From assembly GCF_006345805.1 (NCBI RefSeq), contig NC_042998.1, positions 162,688,001-162,752,000 on the forward strand: 64,000 nucleotides of DNA. The letters run 5' to 3'. Shown here in pieces: positions 62,617 to 64,000 of this stretch (positions within the stretch are counted from its first letter, which is position 1; every line of letters begins with the position of its first letter). Below the pieces are notes generated by a model that searched no databases, was not told the DNA's origin, and was given only the letters and a program-made list of their open reading frames with translations. This stretch comes from Octopus sinensis. Taxonomy: Eukaryota. Made by a program: the position numbers and the translations under genes.

Positions 62617-62863
62617 TGGAGGCGCGGTCGTAGGATCACGGTTTCGATTCCCAGACCGGGCGTTGTGAGTGTTTATTGAGCGAAAACACCTAAAGCTCCA
62701 CGAGGCTCCGGCAGGGGGGTGGGGGTGGCGATCCCTGCTGTACTCTTTCGCCACAACTTTCTCCCTCTCTTTCTTCTGTTGGCGTCATTTGAAGGCTAAA
62801 ACAATGCGAAGCGCATTGTGACCAGCGATGTGTAGCAACATCTGATAGTCTGGTCGATCACGA
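62617..62863 (+). mobile_element. tRNA-derived SINE (S3) with head deletion
   Basis: tggaggcgc|ggtcgtaggatcacggtttcgattcccagaccggg; the A-box segment seen at 63391 is deleted between two cgc triplets. Confidence 0.8.
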
Positions 62864-62877
62864 TGACGATGATGGGG

Positions 62878-62956
<79 letters not shown>

Positions 62957-63390
62957 TCGCACGTGAATATTGATGTGTGTGTGTGTGTGTGTACATATAA
63001 ATATTAGGAAGCTAAAAGTTATAGCCGGTCGTAGAGTGACCATTGATTTCGTACCTATAAAACGCTTAGCAGTATGACTCGTCAGACTTAAATAGCTGAA
63101 GGCGCGTAAGACTGTTCTATTTTTCGATATCAACTACATCGTGAGCAGTTCATATGTGTGTGTGATTGCATGTGTGTGTATAGGTGTGTACATGTTAGTG
63201 TGCATGTATGTGTAAGTGTATAGATATTTTAGTGTGTGTGTGTGTATTTATGTGTGTGCGTTTGCGCCTACCACTGGTTCAGTCTGGCCGAGGGCGCCGT
63301 ATTCATCTGTATGCATTCTGAATAGAGCCATTGAATTGAATGCAACAGTTCTAAATGTTACCTTCCCGCCATAAACCCAACATCAACATA

Positions 63391-63578
63391 TGGAGGCGCA
63401 ATGGCCCAGTAGTTAGGGCAGCGGACTCGCGGTCGTGAGAACGCGGTTTTGATTCCCAGACCGGGCATTGTGAGTGCTTATTGAGCAAAAACACCTAATC
63501 TCCTCGAGGCTCCGGCGTGGGGAGGTGAACCCCGCTGTTCTCTTTCACCACAACTTTCTCTCACTCTTTCTTCCTACT
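63391..63578 (+). mobile_element. tRNA-derived SINE (S3)
   Basis: tggaggcgcaatggcccagtagttagggcagcggactcgcggtcg..gcggttttgattcccagaccggg; homologous to 62617. Confidence 0.8.
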
Positions 63579-63772
63579 TCTGCCACAAAGCAGAGGAACC
63601 ATGGTGTAACCCACTATGGTGCAGTAAACTTTCAGACCCTAGTCTAGATTGCGAATCCTCTGAACCCCAGGATGGTTCAGCTCTCCACCCGTTAAAAGCC
63701 ACCGTTTACTGAATGATGATACCAACGTAACAACGTAGCTTTCGCATTAGAGATTATTCTTTGTGGCCAATG

Positions 63773-63905
63773 GCGTGGTCTTGGGTTCAGTTCCACTGCA
63801 TGATACCTTGGGTAAGTGTCTTGTACCGTAGCGGCGGGCTGGCCAGAAAACTTGTATGTGGATTTGAGAGACGGAAACTAGAAGAAGCACATTGTGTGTG
63901 TGTGT
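63773..63905 (+). mobile_element. SINE S1 5' half
   Basis: gggttcagttccactgcatg..ccttgggtaagtgtc..ggattt..gacggaaactagaagaagc then (TG)n. Confidence 0.75.
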
Positions 63906-64000
63906 GTGTGTGAGTGTAATATTTTGGACTAATGGGTATATGTCGATTAGTGTTAACATGTTCAGTAAAGCACTATCATGATTTGGGTTACTTGGTGTCA

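Overview
AT-rich eukaryotic DNA, saturated with repeats and essentially non-genic. The (TA)n/(CA)n/(ATT)n/(TACA)n microsatellite load and the four tRNA-derived SINE types look like an octopod cephalopod genome; this is my recognition and was not database-checked. I found no supportable host protein-coding exon, rRNA, true tRNA or CRISPR array, and most ORF-track entries are microsatellite translations. Recognisable coding remnants are all transposon-derived: a Penelope-like RT/GIY-YIG element (2.9-4.0 kb), a mariner, pogo/Tigger fragments, a 5'-intact but 3'-truncated L1/Tx1 LINE (42.3-45.5 kb), a CRE-like restriction-endonuclease retroelement tail, and RTE, CR1-group, R4-like and old L1 remnants. 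There are also several MITEs. The two most interesting patterns are: (1) a possible SINE-targeting LINE / self-inserting SINE system, since SINE concatemers repeatedly join at the same nucleotide of the SINE head and the Tx1 LINE sits at that same site; (2) two ~0.8-kb-period repeat-spacer-repeat elements embedded in (TA)n, which share a permuted hammerhead-like GAAA...CTGANGA motif with conserved spacing across three diverged families (retrozyme/Penelope-like). Both are hypotheses. Repeat boundaries are approximate (about +/-10-20 bp) unless a motif is quoted.
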